DNA of 64,000 nucleotides from Candidatus Magasanikiibacteriota bacterium (lineage in GTDB: Bacteria; Patescibacteriota; Patescibacteriia; Magasanikbacterales; GWA2-37-8): NCBI GenBank assembly GCA_041666745.1, contig JBAYGI010000001.1:91095-155094 (forward strand), written 5' to 3'. Position 1 is the first letter of the stretch. Each line of letters opens with the position of its first letter. A model generated the notes under the pieces. That model made no database searches. It saw nothing but the letters and a program-made list of their open reading frames with translations, and was not told where the DNA came from. Shown piece by piece: positions 49,635 to 58,020 of the stretch. The position numbers and the translations under genes were made by a program.

Positions 49635-49835
49635 ATGATAGATAGATTTAAAGTTAAAGAGCTTATGTCTAAAAAGAAAATAGACAATTTTACCAAGTTG
49701 GCCAAAATGTTAGGTATTTCAAAAAACCAACTCTCTAATATTCTGTCTAACAAGTATAGACCAATAAAAAGCAACGTTGTTGAGATTGCAAAATTTTTAG
49801 GCGTCAATGCGTTAGATATTATTAAAAAAGAGTAA
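49635..49835 (+). CDS. XRE/Cro-like HTH regulator (possible RM controller)
   Basis: KLAKMLGISKNQLSNIL...IAKFLGV. Confidence 0.75.
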   Translation: MIDRFKVKELMSKKKIDNFTKLAKMLGISKNQLSNILSNKYRPIKSNVVEIAKFLGVNALDIIKKE

Positions 49836-49840
49836 TGATT

Positions 49841-50914
49841 ATGAATTACATTGGTTCAAAATTATCCTTGTTGACGTTTTTAGAAGAGTCTATAAACAAA
49901 GTTGTTAAGAACACAAAAAATAAAGTCTTTTGTGATTTGTTTGCCGGCACTGGAATAGTTGGGACATATTTTAAAAGAAAAGGATATAAAGTTATAGCGA
50001 ATGATATTCAATATTATAGCTATGTGTTAAGCCGTCATTATGTTGGCAATCATAATGAATTTTCTTTCTCAAAATTATTTCAAGAATTTCCAGAACTAAA
50101 AAATATTGAAGTGAAAAATAGAAAGAACTTTGTATGTGATTATTTGGCAAAACTAAAAGGCGAGAAGGGTTTTATCTATAATAATTATTGTTCTGGTGGA
50201 ACAATAAATAAAGCGGTAGAAAGATTATATTTTTCAGATGAAAATGGGATGAGGTGCGACGCTATAAGAAAAAAGATAGAGCAATGGAAAGTGCAGGGTT
50301 TAATAAATGATAATGAATATTATTTTTTGCTTGCTACTGTTCTTGAATCGGTTGATAAATACGCAAATACAGCCTCGGTTTATGGTGCTTTTTTAAAAAA
50401 GTTGAAGAAGTCCGCTCTTAACAGTCTTGTTCTGAAGCCAGCCGAATTGATTATTAACGACCAAGATCATCTTGTATATAACGAAGATATAAACAAAGTT
50501 GTTGAAAAAATTGAGGGTGATATTTTGTATTTAGATCCGCCGTATAATCATAGACAGTATGCATCAAATTATCATATTTTAGAAACTATCGCTAAATATG
50601 ATAATCCAAAAATTCACGGTAAAACTGGTTTGAGAGAATATGAAAATCAAAAATCTCTTTATTGTTCAAAATCACAAGTCAAAAAAGCCTTTACAGATTT
50701 AATCTTGAAATCTAAAGTAAAATATATTTTTCTTAGCTATAATAATGAGGGTTTGATGAGTGCAGATGACATAAAAGAAGTTATGAGCTTGCGTGGCCAA
50801 TACGGGGTTTTTACCAAAGAATATAATAGATTCAAAGCTGATAAGAGTGAAAATAGGGATTTTAAAGCAGAAAAAACAACAGAATATTTGCATTACGTTG
50901 TTTGTGAAAAATAA
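49841..50914 (+). CDS. N6-adenine DNA methyltransferase (D12/FokI-NlaIII-like)
   Basis: MNYIGSK, DLFAGTG.VG, YLDPPYN.RQY..NYH, LSYNNEG. Confidence 0.9.
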   Translation: MNYIGSKLSLLTFLEESINKVVKNTKNKVFCDLFAGTGIVGTYFKRKGYKVIANDIQYYSYVLSRHYVGNHNEFSFSKLFQEFPELKNIEVKNRKNFVCDYLAKLKGEKGFIYNNYCSGGTINKAVERLYFSDENGMRCDAIRKKIEQWKVQGLINDNEYYFLLATVLESVDKYANTASVYGAFLKKLKKSALNSLVLKPAELIINDQDHLVYNEDINKVVEKIEGDILYLDPPYNHRQYASNYHILETIAKYDNPKIHGKTGLREYENQKSLYCSKSQVKKAFTDLILKSKVKYIFLSYNNEGLMSADDIKEVMSLRGQYGVFTKEYNRFKADKSENRDFKAEKTTEYLHYVVCEK

Positions 50915-50927
50915 AAAATGAGTAGAT

Positions 50928-52133
50928 ATGACAGATGCAACAACGCAAGAAGTACCTTTGAATAGTGCATTGAGACTTTTTGAAATAACAGAAGCAAATT
51001 TGGTTAAATTGGAAAGGTTGTGGAAAGAAATTAGCGATTTAACGCCAACTGGAATTGTATTTGGAAAAAATGATGAATATGAAAATAAGTGTAGATCGTA
51101 TTCTGAAATATTACCACACCTACCTAAAATCAAAGACTGGAAACCAACGGCTACTCCGTTGGATCTTGATGATGTTGCACAAATGAGGCTAGACGCCGCA
51201 GAATTACAAGAAATAAGCGTTACAGTTTCTACTGAAAACGAGGTTTCTTCGCCAGGGCGTGAACTTGGGAAATATCGATTTTTGTTAAACCAAAAAAGAC
51301 AAGAAATATTTCGTGATTCATTAGTTTCATTGATTGATTCTGTCGATGAAGATATTCGTGGAATTAGAAAATTTATTGATGTGTCAGAAGAAAAACCAGA
51401 AATTATGTCTGGGGATGAATGGGATCGTTTGCAGAGTAATATCGGGCAAATTGACACCTTGATAGGTAGTAGTACAGATAGGGCAAAAAGGTGGTTTGAT
51501 CTTCATAGACATTTGAAATTTGGACAATCGCAGGATTTTGATGATATTGAAAGAATGGATTGGCCTAGCGTAAAAAAGAGCCTTCGAGAAAGTATGTATG
51601 GCGAGAATGAGCCAATTCCAACTGATATTGATAATTTTGATGAATTAGTTACTAAAAAACCAATTGGGCAAATAGTTTCAAAATTGCAGTGGGAAAACAT
51701 AAGTCCAGAGGAATTTGAACGACTAATTTTTTCTTTGATTAGTAATGAAGAGGGTTATGAAAATCCTCAATGGCTTACAAATATCAGTGCCGCCGATCGT
51801 GGAAGAGATCTTTCAGTAGATCGTGTGTCTAGTGATAGATTGGCGGGTGTTATAAGACATAGAGTAATTATACAATGTAAACATTGGTTGAAAAAGAGTG
51901 TTTCGATTGATGATGTGGCAAGTCTACAGGCTCAAATGAAATTATGGGAACCACCGAGGGTTGATGTTCATATAATCGTTACAAGTGGGCGTTTTACTAC
52001 TGACGCTGTTTCGTTTATAGAGAAACAAAATCAATCAGATCAAGCACTTAGGATTGAAATGTGGCCAGAAAGTCATATTGAAATGTTGCTGGCCTCACGC
52101 CCTAATTTTATTGCCGAATTTAAATTACGATAA
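50928..52133 (+). CDS. Protein with a C-terminal Mrr-like PD-(D/E)xK endonuclease domain
   Basis: EEFERLIFSL, ADRGRD, IIQCKHW, VTSGRFT.DA. Confidence 0.78.
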   Translation: MTDATTQEVPLNSALRLFEITEANLVKLERLWKEISDLTPTGIVFGKNDEYENKCRSYSEILPHLPKIKDWKPTATPLDLDDVAQMRLDAAELQEISVTVSTENEVSSPGRELGKYRFLLNQKRQEIFRDSLVSLIDSVDEDIRGIRKFIDVSEEKPEIMSGDEWDRLQSNIGQIDTLIGSSTDRAKRWFDLHRHLKFGQSQDFDDIERMDWPSVKKSLRESMYGENEPIPTDIDNFDELVTKKPIGQIVSKLQWENISPEEFERLIFSLISNEEGYENPQWLTNISAADRGRDLSVDRVSSDRLAGVIRHRVIIQCKHWLKKSVSIDDVASLQAQMKLWEPPRVDVHIIVTSGRFTTDAVSFIEKQNQSDQALRIEMWPESHIEMLLASRPNFIAEFKLR

Positions 52134-52141
52134 AACTGTTT

Positions 52142-52200
52142 CAGTTCTGATAACGTCAATTACAACACTGCAGTTTGCAATAAAGTGAATTTAAACACTC
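52142..52200 (+). repeat. Internal composite att-like site 1
   Basis: CAGTTCTGATAACGTCAATTACAACACTGC-AGTTTGCAATAAAGTGAATTTAAACACTC. Confidence 0.85.
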
Positions 52201-52218
52201 GGTATATTTTTCTAAGAT

Positions 52219-52806
52219 ATGGACAAAAAATTATCAGAACACATCTATTTCGCTCTAGTGATAACGGATTTTGACTACATTTCTGTTCGTCACTTAATGG
52301 CTGGTGCTTTGTTTCCTTCGGCTGGCGCTCTTGCAAACGTTGTAATAGACAGATACATAAAAATAGCACTTATGTCTGCTGGTAGGAATGATTTGATTGA
52401 CGTAATTAAAAAATGGAGAGGAAATAAAAGTCACAACGTTCCGGAGATTATGAAGTTATACAAAAATGAAGTGGGTGCGATTATTGAGTTGACCGTTGCA
52501 GAACAAAATATCCTAGATAATATCTATAAATGTTATTGTTTTCGCTATGTGGATGAGATGTTCAAGACGAAGGGGAGTTGTGAAATCCGCATGGCCGATA
52601 TGCATACCATCGATAAGGTAGTTTCTTTTTTTAGGAATAAAATTGAACTAATTTCGCCTCACTTGGGCAATACTATTATAGATGTTTTACTAAAGGGTGA
52701 TCCGCAAGCTGTAAGTGCATTAAGTACAGGGAATGTGGATTTACGTTCTGTTTTTCTGTTTGATAATCCATATTTTTCAGATGTCTCATCAGCAAGTGTT
52801 CATTAA
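52219..52806 (+). CDS. Hypothetical protein, possibly HEPN-like; sole gene of module 2
   Basis: D.DY.S.R.L......A..LA...I..YIK, SHN, FRY pattern resembles HEPN-family proteins. Confidence 0.6.
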   Translation: MDKKLSEHIYFALVITDFDYISVRHLMAGALFPSAGALANVVIDRYIKIALMSAGRNDLIDVIKKWRGNKSHNVPEIMKLYKNEVGAIIELTVAEQNILDNIYKCYCFRYVDEMFKTKGSCEIRMADMHTIDKVVSFFRNKIELISPHLGNTIIDVLLKGDPQAVSALSTGNVDLRSVFLFDNPYFSDVSSASVH

Positions 52807-52826
52807 TGTTAAATATTAAATAGGCT

Positions 52827-52920
52827 CAGTTCTGATAACGTCAACCACACACCGCAGTTCGCAACAAAGTGAGTTTAAACGCTCACTTTTTGCTTTTGTT
52901 AAGGGTAATTTGTCCAGTTC
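52827..52920 (+). repeat. Internal composite att-like site 2
   Basis: CAGTTCTGATAACGTCAACCACACACCGC followed by 65 bp matching 44848-44912. Confidence 0.88.
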
Positions 52921-53028
52921 AAACCTTGTAAATTTCTCTTCGAACGGTTTTATTTTTAATTATATAAAACAAATCCTTCACTAAAGTAAATCTTTAATAT
53001 ATAATATAAACAAATAAGCTACTATGAT

Positions 53029-53205
53029 ATGAAAAATAAACTTTTATTTTGGGTTTCGAAAATTTTAGCGATAATGCTGGGTATATTCTTTATTGTATTC
53101 GGTGAATTTGATGACAGTCCAGGACTGCAAGGAATTGGACTTGTACTCATTATTGTTATTATTGTTTCTATAATTAGAAGTAAGAAAAAAAATAATCTTC
53201 TATGA
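53029..53205 (+). CDS. Small 2-TM protein with a DDSPG loop, 58 aa (not in ORF track)
   Basis: MKNKLLFWVSKILAIMLGIFFIVFGEFDDSPGLQGIGLVLIIVIIVSIIRSKKKNNLL*; ATGA overlap with the next gene. Confidence 0.7.
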   Translation: MKNKLLFWVSKILAIMLGIFFIVFGEFDDSPGLQGIGLVLIIVIIVSIIRSKKKNNLL

Positions 53206-53678
53206 CTTTATACAAACACACTCAAATTGGATATTTGATGATAATTATCACACTGATTATATTGTCGTTTTTTATATGGGCTCAAATTACAGCCAGGGCT
53301 GAACCACCGTCGGTCAACTCTGGTACAAATTTTGCCGTTTCTTCTACAATGATATTAATTCTGTTTATCCTCGTATCGTTCACTACGCTAACAACGTCCA
53401 TTGATGAAAAATATCTTCAAATTAAATTTGGCTATGGAATTTTTAGGAAAAAATTTCTGCTTAGTGAGATAGTAACAGTAAAGCAAGTAAAGAATCATTG
53501 GTATTGTGGCTGGGGAATAAGATTCTGCTTACGGCCAAGGAAATGGATATATAATGTTTCCGGTTTTGACGCAGTTGAAATAGTTATGAAAAATGGGAAA
53601 GTCTATCGCATAGGAACCGACAGCCCAAATGATCTTGATACTGTAATCAAACAGGCAATAAGTTCTGTCCAGTTCTGA
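53202..53678 (+). CDS. Membrane protein, 2 TM plus a PH-like domain
   Basis: YKHTQ.G, GWGIR, YNVSG.DAVEI, RIGTD.P; its stop TGA lies inside the att arm CAGTTCTGA. Confidence 0.75.
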   Translation: MTLYKHTQIGYLMIIITLIILSFFIWAQITARAEPPSVNSGTNFAVSSTMILILFILVSFTTLTTSIDEKYLQIKFGYGIFRKKFLLSEIVTVKQVKNHWYCGWGIRFCLRPRKWIYNVSGFDAVEIVMKNGKVYRIGTDSPNDLDTVIKQAISSVQF

Positions 53679-53698
53679 TAACGTCAATTACACACCGC
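53670..53698 (+). repeat. Right junction (attR-like): left arm plus core
   Basis: CAGTTCTGATAACGTCAATTACACACCGC followed by unrelated sequence. Confidence 0.85.
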
Positions 53699-53710
53699 TA
53701 AGTTGTTTAT

Positions 53711-53742
53711 ACAAAATACGCCATTTTCGTGGCGTATTTTGT
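53711..53742 (+). terminator. Terminator hairpin, probably the displaced tRNA-Asp terminator
   Basis: ACAAAATACGCCA-TTTTCG-TGGCGTATTTTGT, 12 nt after the right core. Confidence 0.65.
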
Positions 53743-53785
53743 TTCTATATATATTACAAAATATAACTATATTTATTTCAAAAAC

Positions 53786-53880
53786 AAAAAAGACCCTAGG
53801 AGTGTTCGGTATAAGCAATAAGTAAAGGAGGGGGTACTCACGCTCAACCAAACACTCTCAGGGTCTTTTTATTTTTTAGT
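53786..53880 (-). ncRNA. Candidate hairpin sRNA with an anti-SD-like CCCCCUCCUU loop
   Basis: TTGACA-17-TATAAT (53915-53887); 76-nt hairpin 53791-53866 with four G-U pairs on the minus strand; ends in a T run. Confidence 0.6.
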
Positions 53881-53935
53881 AATCTAATTATAACAACCCA
53901 TTCCAATCGTGTCAAACTTTCGGGTTGTGGATAAA

Positions 53936-54283
53936 TTATTTTTTTACAGCTTCTACCAATTTGGCAAACACTGCAGGATAATTTAAAGCCAATTCAGACA
54001 ATACTTTGCGATCCATTTCGATGTTGGATTTTTTCAACAAGCTGATGAATTTACTGTAAGACAAATCGTATTTGCGAACAGCGGCATTCAAACGGATTGA
54101 CCACAATTGACGTGCGGTGCGTTTCTTGGTGCGACGGGATACGAAAGCGTGTTGACCGGCTTTCATCTTGGCCACCTTAGCTACTTTGATTTTGGATTTT
54201 CTTCCCCAGCGGAAACCTTTGGTGTGTTTCAATATGCCGGTTCTGCGTTTGCGGTGCAATAGACCGCCTTTAATTCTGGTCAT
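53936..54283 (-). CDS. rplT: 50S ribosomal protein L20
   Basis: MTRIKGG, RQLW.IR.NAA.R, YSKFI, DRKVLSELA. Confidence 0.97.
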   Translation of the reverse strand: MTRIKGGLLHRKRRTGILKHTKGFRWGRKSKIKVAKVAKMKAGQHAFVSRRTKKRTARQLWSIRLNAAVRKYDLSYSKFISLLKKSNIEMDRKVLSELALNYPAVFAKLVEAVKK

Positions 54284-54293
54284 AATTTAAAAA

Positions 54294-54488
54294 TTAGTTT
54301 GGTAAAGTAATTTGAATAACACGTTTTACAGTCGGACTCATGATTGTGTCGGATTTTTTGTTGCGTCCTACTTTGCCATTTTCACGGGAATTAAAATGGT
54401 TTTGTCCGCAAGTGCGTTTGATAACTTTTCCTTTTTTGGTCACACGAAATCTTTTCGCTGTTCCTTTATGTGTCTTTAACTTTGGCAT
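54294..54488 (-). CDS. rpmI: 50S ribosomal protein L35
   Basis: MPKLKTHKGTAKRFRVT..GK. Confidence 0.97.
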   Translation of the reverse strand: MPKLKTHKGTAKRFRVTKKGKVIKRTCGQNHFNSRENGKVGRNKKSDTIMSPTVKRVIQITLPN

Positions 54489-54498
54489 ATGTTTTATA

Positions 54499-54523
54499 GA
54501 TTCCCGTTTTCACGGGAATGACA
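54499..54523. repeat. REP-like palindrome, copy 3
   Basis: GATTCCCGTTTTCACGGGAATGACA between infC and rpmI. Confidence 0.85.
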
Positions 54524-54528
54524 ATGAA

Positions 54529-55074
54529 TTAATTTTTTACAATAATAGTGGTAATTTTGTTGCCTTGTCTTTCGGTCATCTGTTCGAATCGGGTATTGAT
54601 TTCAGCATTTACTTCAGCAAGGAATTTTTTTAAACTTTCAAAAGCCAATCCGGCTTGTTGATTTTCACGTCCGCGTAAAACAATTTCTATCTTTACTTTA
54701 TCACCGGCGTTTAAAAATTTTAAAGTTTGAACTTTGCGAATATTTAAATCATTTTTTCCAATACGTAGTGACATACGAACCACTTTGGTATCTATCACAT
54801 GTTGGTGAGCTTTGCGAATACGCTGTTCTTTTTCTTGTTGGTAACGGAACTGTCCAAAGTCCATGATTTTGGCGATTGGTGGCTCAGCTTTTGGGTTGAT
54901 CACTACCAAATCCAACTCTTGCTCTCTGGCGGCGCGAATAGCATCGGCGGTATTCAATATGCCGAGCGAGGTACCACTGCTATCGAGAGTATAGACTTGC
55001 GGAAAAGAGATATTTTCATTGAATAGAAAATTCTTTTTTGGTTCTTCTTTTTTTCGTTTGTGTGAGATTCTCAT
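54529..55074 (-). CDS. infC: Translation initiation factor IF-3
   Basis: NENI, LDLV...PPIAKIMDFG.FRY, FL..GDKVK....RGRE; upstream of rpmI-rplT. Confidence 0.95.
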   Translation of the reverse strand: MRISHKRKKEEPKKNFLFNENISFPQVYTLDSSGTSLGILNTADAIRAAREQELDLVVINPKAEPPIAKIMDFGQFRYQQEKEQRIRKAHQHVIDTKVVRMSLRIGKNDLNIRKVQTLKFLNAGDKVKIEIVLRGRENQQAGLAFESLKKFLAEVNAEINTRFEQMTERQGNKITTIIVKN

Positions 55075-55086
55075 AAAATTTGTTTT

Positions 55087-55147
55087 TGTCATCCCGACCG
55101 AGTGTCGCAACGAGTGGAGGGATCCCTCGGCTTCGCTCGGAATGACA
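55087..55147. repeat. Longer REP-like element TGTCATCCCGAC...CGGAATGACA
   Basis: Terminal IR TGTCAT/ATGACA; left half matches the in-frame inserts in secA and ligA. Confidence 0.75.
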
Positions 55148-55151
55148 GCTG

Positions 55152-55551
55152 TGGAGGTGGCGAGAGTTGAACTCGCGTCCAGATAATTTTGAATATACCT
55201 TCTACATGCTTAGTCCACTTAGTATTTAACTATAGAGATAATAGGTGAACGAAACTCTCTATGAGCGAGCCAGATTTACTTTCGGATAAAAATATCTGAC
55301 AATATTTTTAACCTACATCTCGTAAGTGACACCGCGATGTGCTACGAAATCTCACACAGACGATGGGAAGCGACAATTAAGCCGCAACCGGAGCAAAGTT
55401 GCAATAACTTCCGCCGAAGGCGTTGGCTAGAGCAATTTTAGCTTTTGAAAATAAGTTTGCACTTATAATTTGTTTTAGGGATTTATGAGGTCCAAAACAT
55501 CCTCAGCATGCGAGTGTACGCAGAAACTTCTGTCAAAAGCACGGCACCCCC
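55152..55551 (-). ncRNA. ssrA: tmRNA
   Basis: GGGGGTG/CACCTCCA acceptor stem with G3-U, T-arm GCGAG-TTCAACT-CTCGC, tag ORF 55460-55377 ANLFSKAKIALANAFGGSYCNFAPVAA*; directly after smpB. Confidence 0.93.
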
Positions 55552-55553
55552 GT

Positions 55554-56000
55554 TTAGTTTGTAAATTTTAAAACTTGACGCAATTCTCGTTGCGTATCGC
55601 GTTTCTTTAAGGTTTCACGTTTATCGTATTGTTTTTTACCTTTAGCTACGGCGATTTCCATCTTTACGAAACGATTTTTAGTATACACTGAAAGAGGCAC
55701 GATTGTCAAGCCCTTTTCTTCCAATTTTCCTTGTAAATAACGGATTTCTTTTTTTCTCAACAATAAACGGCGACTATGGGTCGGATCGTAGTCTGCCAAG
55801 GTGCCAGCTTGTTTGTATTTGGTAATATGGGCGTTGGTGAGGTAGGCATCGCCATTGTGAAAGGTAATATACGCCCCTTTTAAGGACAAATGGCCATTTT
55901 TTACGGATTTTGTTTCTTGTCCGGTCAATACCAAGCCAGCCTGGAATTTTTCAAGGATCTCATAATCATATAGAGCTTTGCGGTTGTCAGCTAAAGTCAT
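55554..56000 (-). CDS. smpB: SsrA-binding protein
   Basis: NRKA.YDY, AGLVL.G.E.KS, R.LLL.KKEI, KGKK.YDKRE. Confidence 0.97.
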   Translation of the reverse strand: MTLADNRKALYDYEILEKFQAGLVLTGQETKSVKNGHLSLKGAYITFHNGDAYLTNAHITKYKQAGTLADYDPTHSRRLLLRKKEIRYLQGKLEEKGLTIVPLSVYTKNRFVKMEIAVAKGKKQYDKRETLKKRDTQRELRQVLKFTN

Positions 56001-56101
56001 ATGGACAAGCATATCATTATTTAGCGGAAAATTCAAGTTTGCAGTCTGGACATTTGGCGATTTGTTATTTCTTTGGTTTTGTGTTATTATTTATTCATAT
56101 T

Positions 56102-56896
56102 ATGTCTTTAAAATCACTATCTTTACACCCCAAATTCGCCGGCTTTTTGGATGTGATTATCGGTCTGCTGTTTTTGTTTACCTTGAAGTGGACTTCTTTG
56201 TGGTGGATGTTGTTAATTTTCGTCATCTTGCGACTTTTGTTGTGGATGGTTTTGGTTCGTTTGGTTTATTATCCGGAAAACATAAAACGTTTTTGGCATT
56301 TATTGACTCTGTTGGTTTTTCATTTGGGCACAATTTTGTTGTTGTTGTTTATTGAATGGCCACAATCTTGGTATTTGGTTGGTTTTATTTATTTGCTTTT
56401 CCCTTTCATTAGTTTTTGGTTGTTGCCTTCCAAAAGTGAAGGTCAGTTATCTTTTGTTTCAAAACCATACCGTCGTTGGCGTTTTTGGATGAGCGCGTTT
56501 GGTTTGTTCGGTCTTTGGAGTGGAATTTTTGCGGCGGTATTTTTACAGATTTTAAATATTAGCTATTGGTTTTTATTAGTTTCAGCCTCGATTGTTACGA
56601 CCGCTATTTCGATGTGGTGGTGGAGAGAATACAACATTGAAAAAAATAATCGACTGTGGTGGTGGACGGTTTGCATCGGCGTTTTTATTTTAGAGATTGC
56701 TTGGGTGTTGTTTCGTTGGCCACTTGGATATTTTGCCAGCGCCTTGATTTTGGTTTGGTTTTGGTATGACATCTGGTTGTTGGCTCGTTTTCATTTGTTG
56801 CCGGCCGGTATTCATTGGCCGAAACAAGTTTTATTTTTTATCATCAACGGTATTTTGTTGTTGTCCTATTTAATTTTAATTGTAAAATGGAAATAA
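56102..56896 (+). CDS. Multi-pass membrane protein
   Basis: About 8-9 hydrophobic segments; start MSLKSL chosen to avoid overlap with smpB. Confidence 0.75.
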   Translation: MSLKSLSLHPKFAGFLDVIIGLLFLFTLKWTSLWWMLLIFVILRLLLWMVLVRLVYYPENIKRFWHLLTLLVFHLGTILLLLFIEWPQSWYLVGFIYLLFPFISFWLLPSKSEGQLSFVSKPYRRWRFWMSAFGLFGLWSGIFAAVFLQILNISYWFLLVSASIVTTAISMWWWREYNIEKNNRLWWWTVCIGVFILEIAWVLFRWPLGYFASALILVWFWYDIWLLARFHLLPAGIHWPKQVLFFIINGILLLSYLILIVKWK

Positions 56897-56899
56897 TTT

Positions 56900-57967
56900 A
56901 TGTCAATTATCCCTCCTCATTTACCACCTCCGGTTTGTAACATTCAAGATCACCACAGATGGCAGAGAATAAAAATATTATTAGTGGCGGTAGTGTTTGG
57001 TTTGTTGGCCGGCGTAACTGGCGCGTCCATGTTGCTTGGCTGGATTTGGCCCGGATTTGGTGGTGGCAATACTTGGATCATGTCCAGTAGTGTCAACAAT
57101 GTTTCGCGTGATTTGTTGGATGCTCCGACAGTGGCCATGCTAAACGATAGAGTCGGTTCAGTTTATCGCGATCTGTCTGGTGTTTCCGGTTTGAGTTTTT
57201 TGAGTCCGGATAAAAAAATCGGGGATGCGGTTTTTGTTTCTTCCGATGGTTGGCTGGTTTTGTATTATCCAAATTATAGTGGTGATTACAAAAATTGGCG
57301 TGTATTGTTAAATAGTGGTCATTCTTTTACAGTGCAAAAAGTTTTGAAAGATAGTAATTCCAATTTAGTCTATTTAAAAATTAATCCGGAACAGGCCGGG
57401 TCGCAGTTTAAAGTTGTAAATTTTAGTGAGGATGTCAAACAACTGGAAGATGTGTATGTATACAACAACAATACTTGGCACCATACTTTGGTTGCCAATA
57501 AAACCGCCCAATCGTTTCATGTGCCCCATTTGGATTCCGCGCCGAGCACGGTTATCGAATTAAGTGAAAGTTTCAACGAAGGTGACTTGGCGGTAGATTT
57601 GCAAGGAAAAGTTGTGGGTATGGTGAGTGGTGGAAAATATGTTTTGCCAAGTCAATATATATCCAATGTTTTGCCAGGGGTTTTGGGTACACAAAAAGTC
57701 ACCTATCGCACACTGGGAACATACGGCTGGTTTTCCGAACAACAGCCGATTATTGTAAAAAATGAACTAATCGCCGGTTATGCAGTGTCGAGGGTATTTT
57801 TGGACAATTCAAAATTAAAAGCGGGGGATATTATTTTGGAAGTGAGTGGGCAAGTGGTCGGCAGTGATAATTTGTGGTATAATATTAACAACAATCAAAA
57901 TTTAAAATTAAAAGTTTTGCGTAAAGGAAAAATCGTTGAATTTACGCAGGATGTTTTAAGTTATTAA
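56900..57967 (+). CDS. Degenerate HtrA-like (trypsin-like plus PDZ) membrane protein
   Basis: N-terminal TM, VSSDGWLV, VDLQGKVVG, LKAGDIIL.V; canonical TNxHV and GNSGG motifs not seen. Confidence 0.65.
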   Translation: MSIIPPHLPPPVCNIQDHHRWQRIKILLVAVVFGLLAGVTGASMLLGWIWPGFGGGNTWIMSSSVNNVSRDLLDAPTVAMLNDRVGSVYRDLSGVSGLSFLSPDKKIGDAVFVSSDGWLVLYYPNYSGDYKNWRVLLNSGHSFTVQKVLKDSNSNLVYLKINPEQAGSQFKVVNFSEDVKQLEDVYVYNNNTWHHTLVANKTAQSFHVPHLDSAPSTVIELSESFNEGDLAVDLQGKVVGMVSGGKYVLPSQYISNVLPGVLGTQKVTYRTLGTYGWFSEQQPIIVKNELIAGYAVSRVFLDNSKLKAGDIILEVSGQVVGSDNLWYNINNNQNLKLKVLRKGKIVEFTQDVLSY

Positions 57968-57977
57968 AAAGACTGTA

Positions 57978-58002
57978 GATTCCCACTTTCGTGGGAATGA
58001 CA
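57978..58002. repeat. REP-like palindrome, variant copy 4
   Basis: GATTCCCACTTTCGTGGGAATGACA, with compensatory stem changes relative to copies 1-3. Confidence 0.8.
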
Positions 58003-58020
58003 GGCTATAAATTTTTATTT

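Larger units (their letters stand above)
44848..53698. mobile_element. Integrative element / tandem cassette array at tRNA-Asp (serine recombinase, RCR Rep, defence cargo, two mini-modules)
   Basis: Bounded by core CCGC at the tRNA end and at 53695-53698; internal composite sites at 52142-52200 and 52827-52920; terminator-like hairpin just outside the right end. Confidence 0.85.

Noticed and set aside
52142-53698. Repeats as a CRISPR array or classical integron attC sites
   Set aside because: Spacing is ~685 and ~843 bp, no cas or intI gene is present, and the units lack the attC palindrome with RYYYAAC/GTTRRRY ends. They match the junctions of the serine-recombinase element instead.
53786-53880. 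SRP (4.5S) or 6S RNA
   Set aside because: No GNRA-capped helix 8 with the CAGG/AGCA internal loop; too short for 6S and lacking its central bubble.
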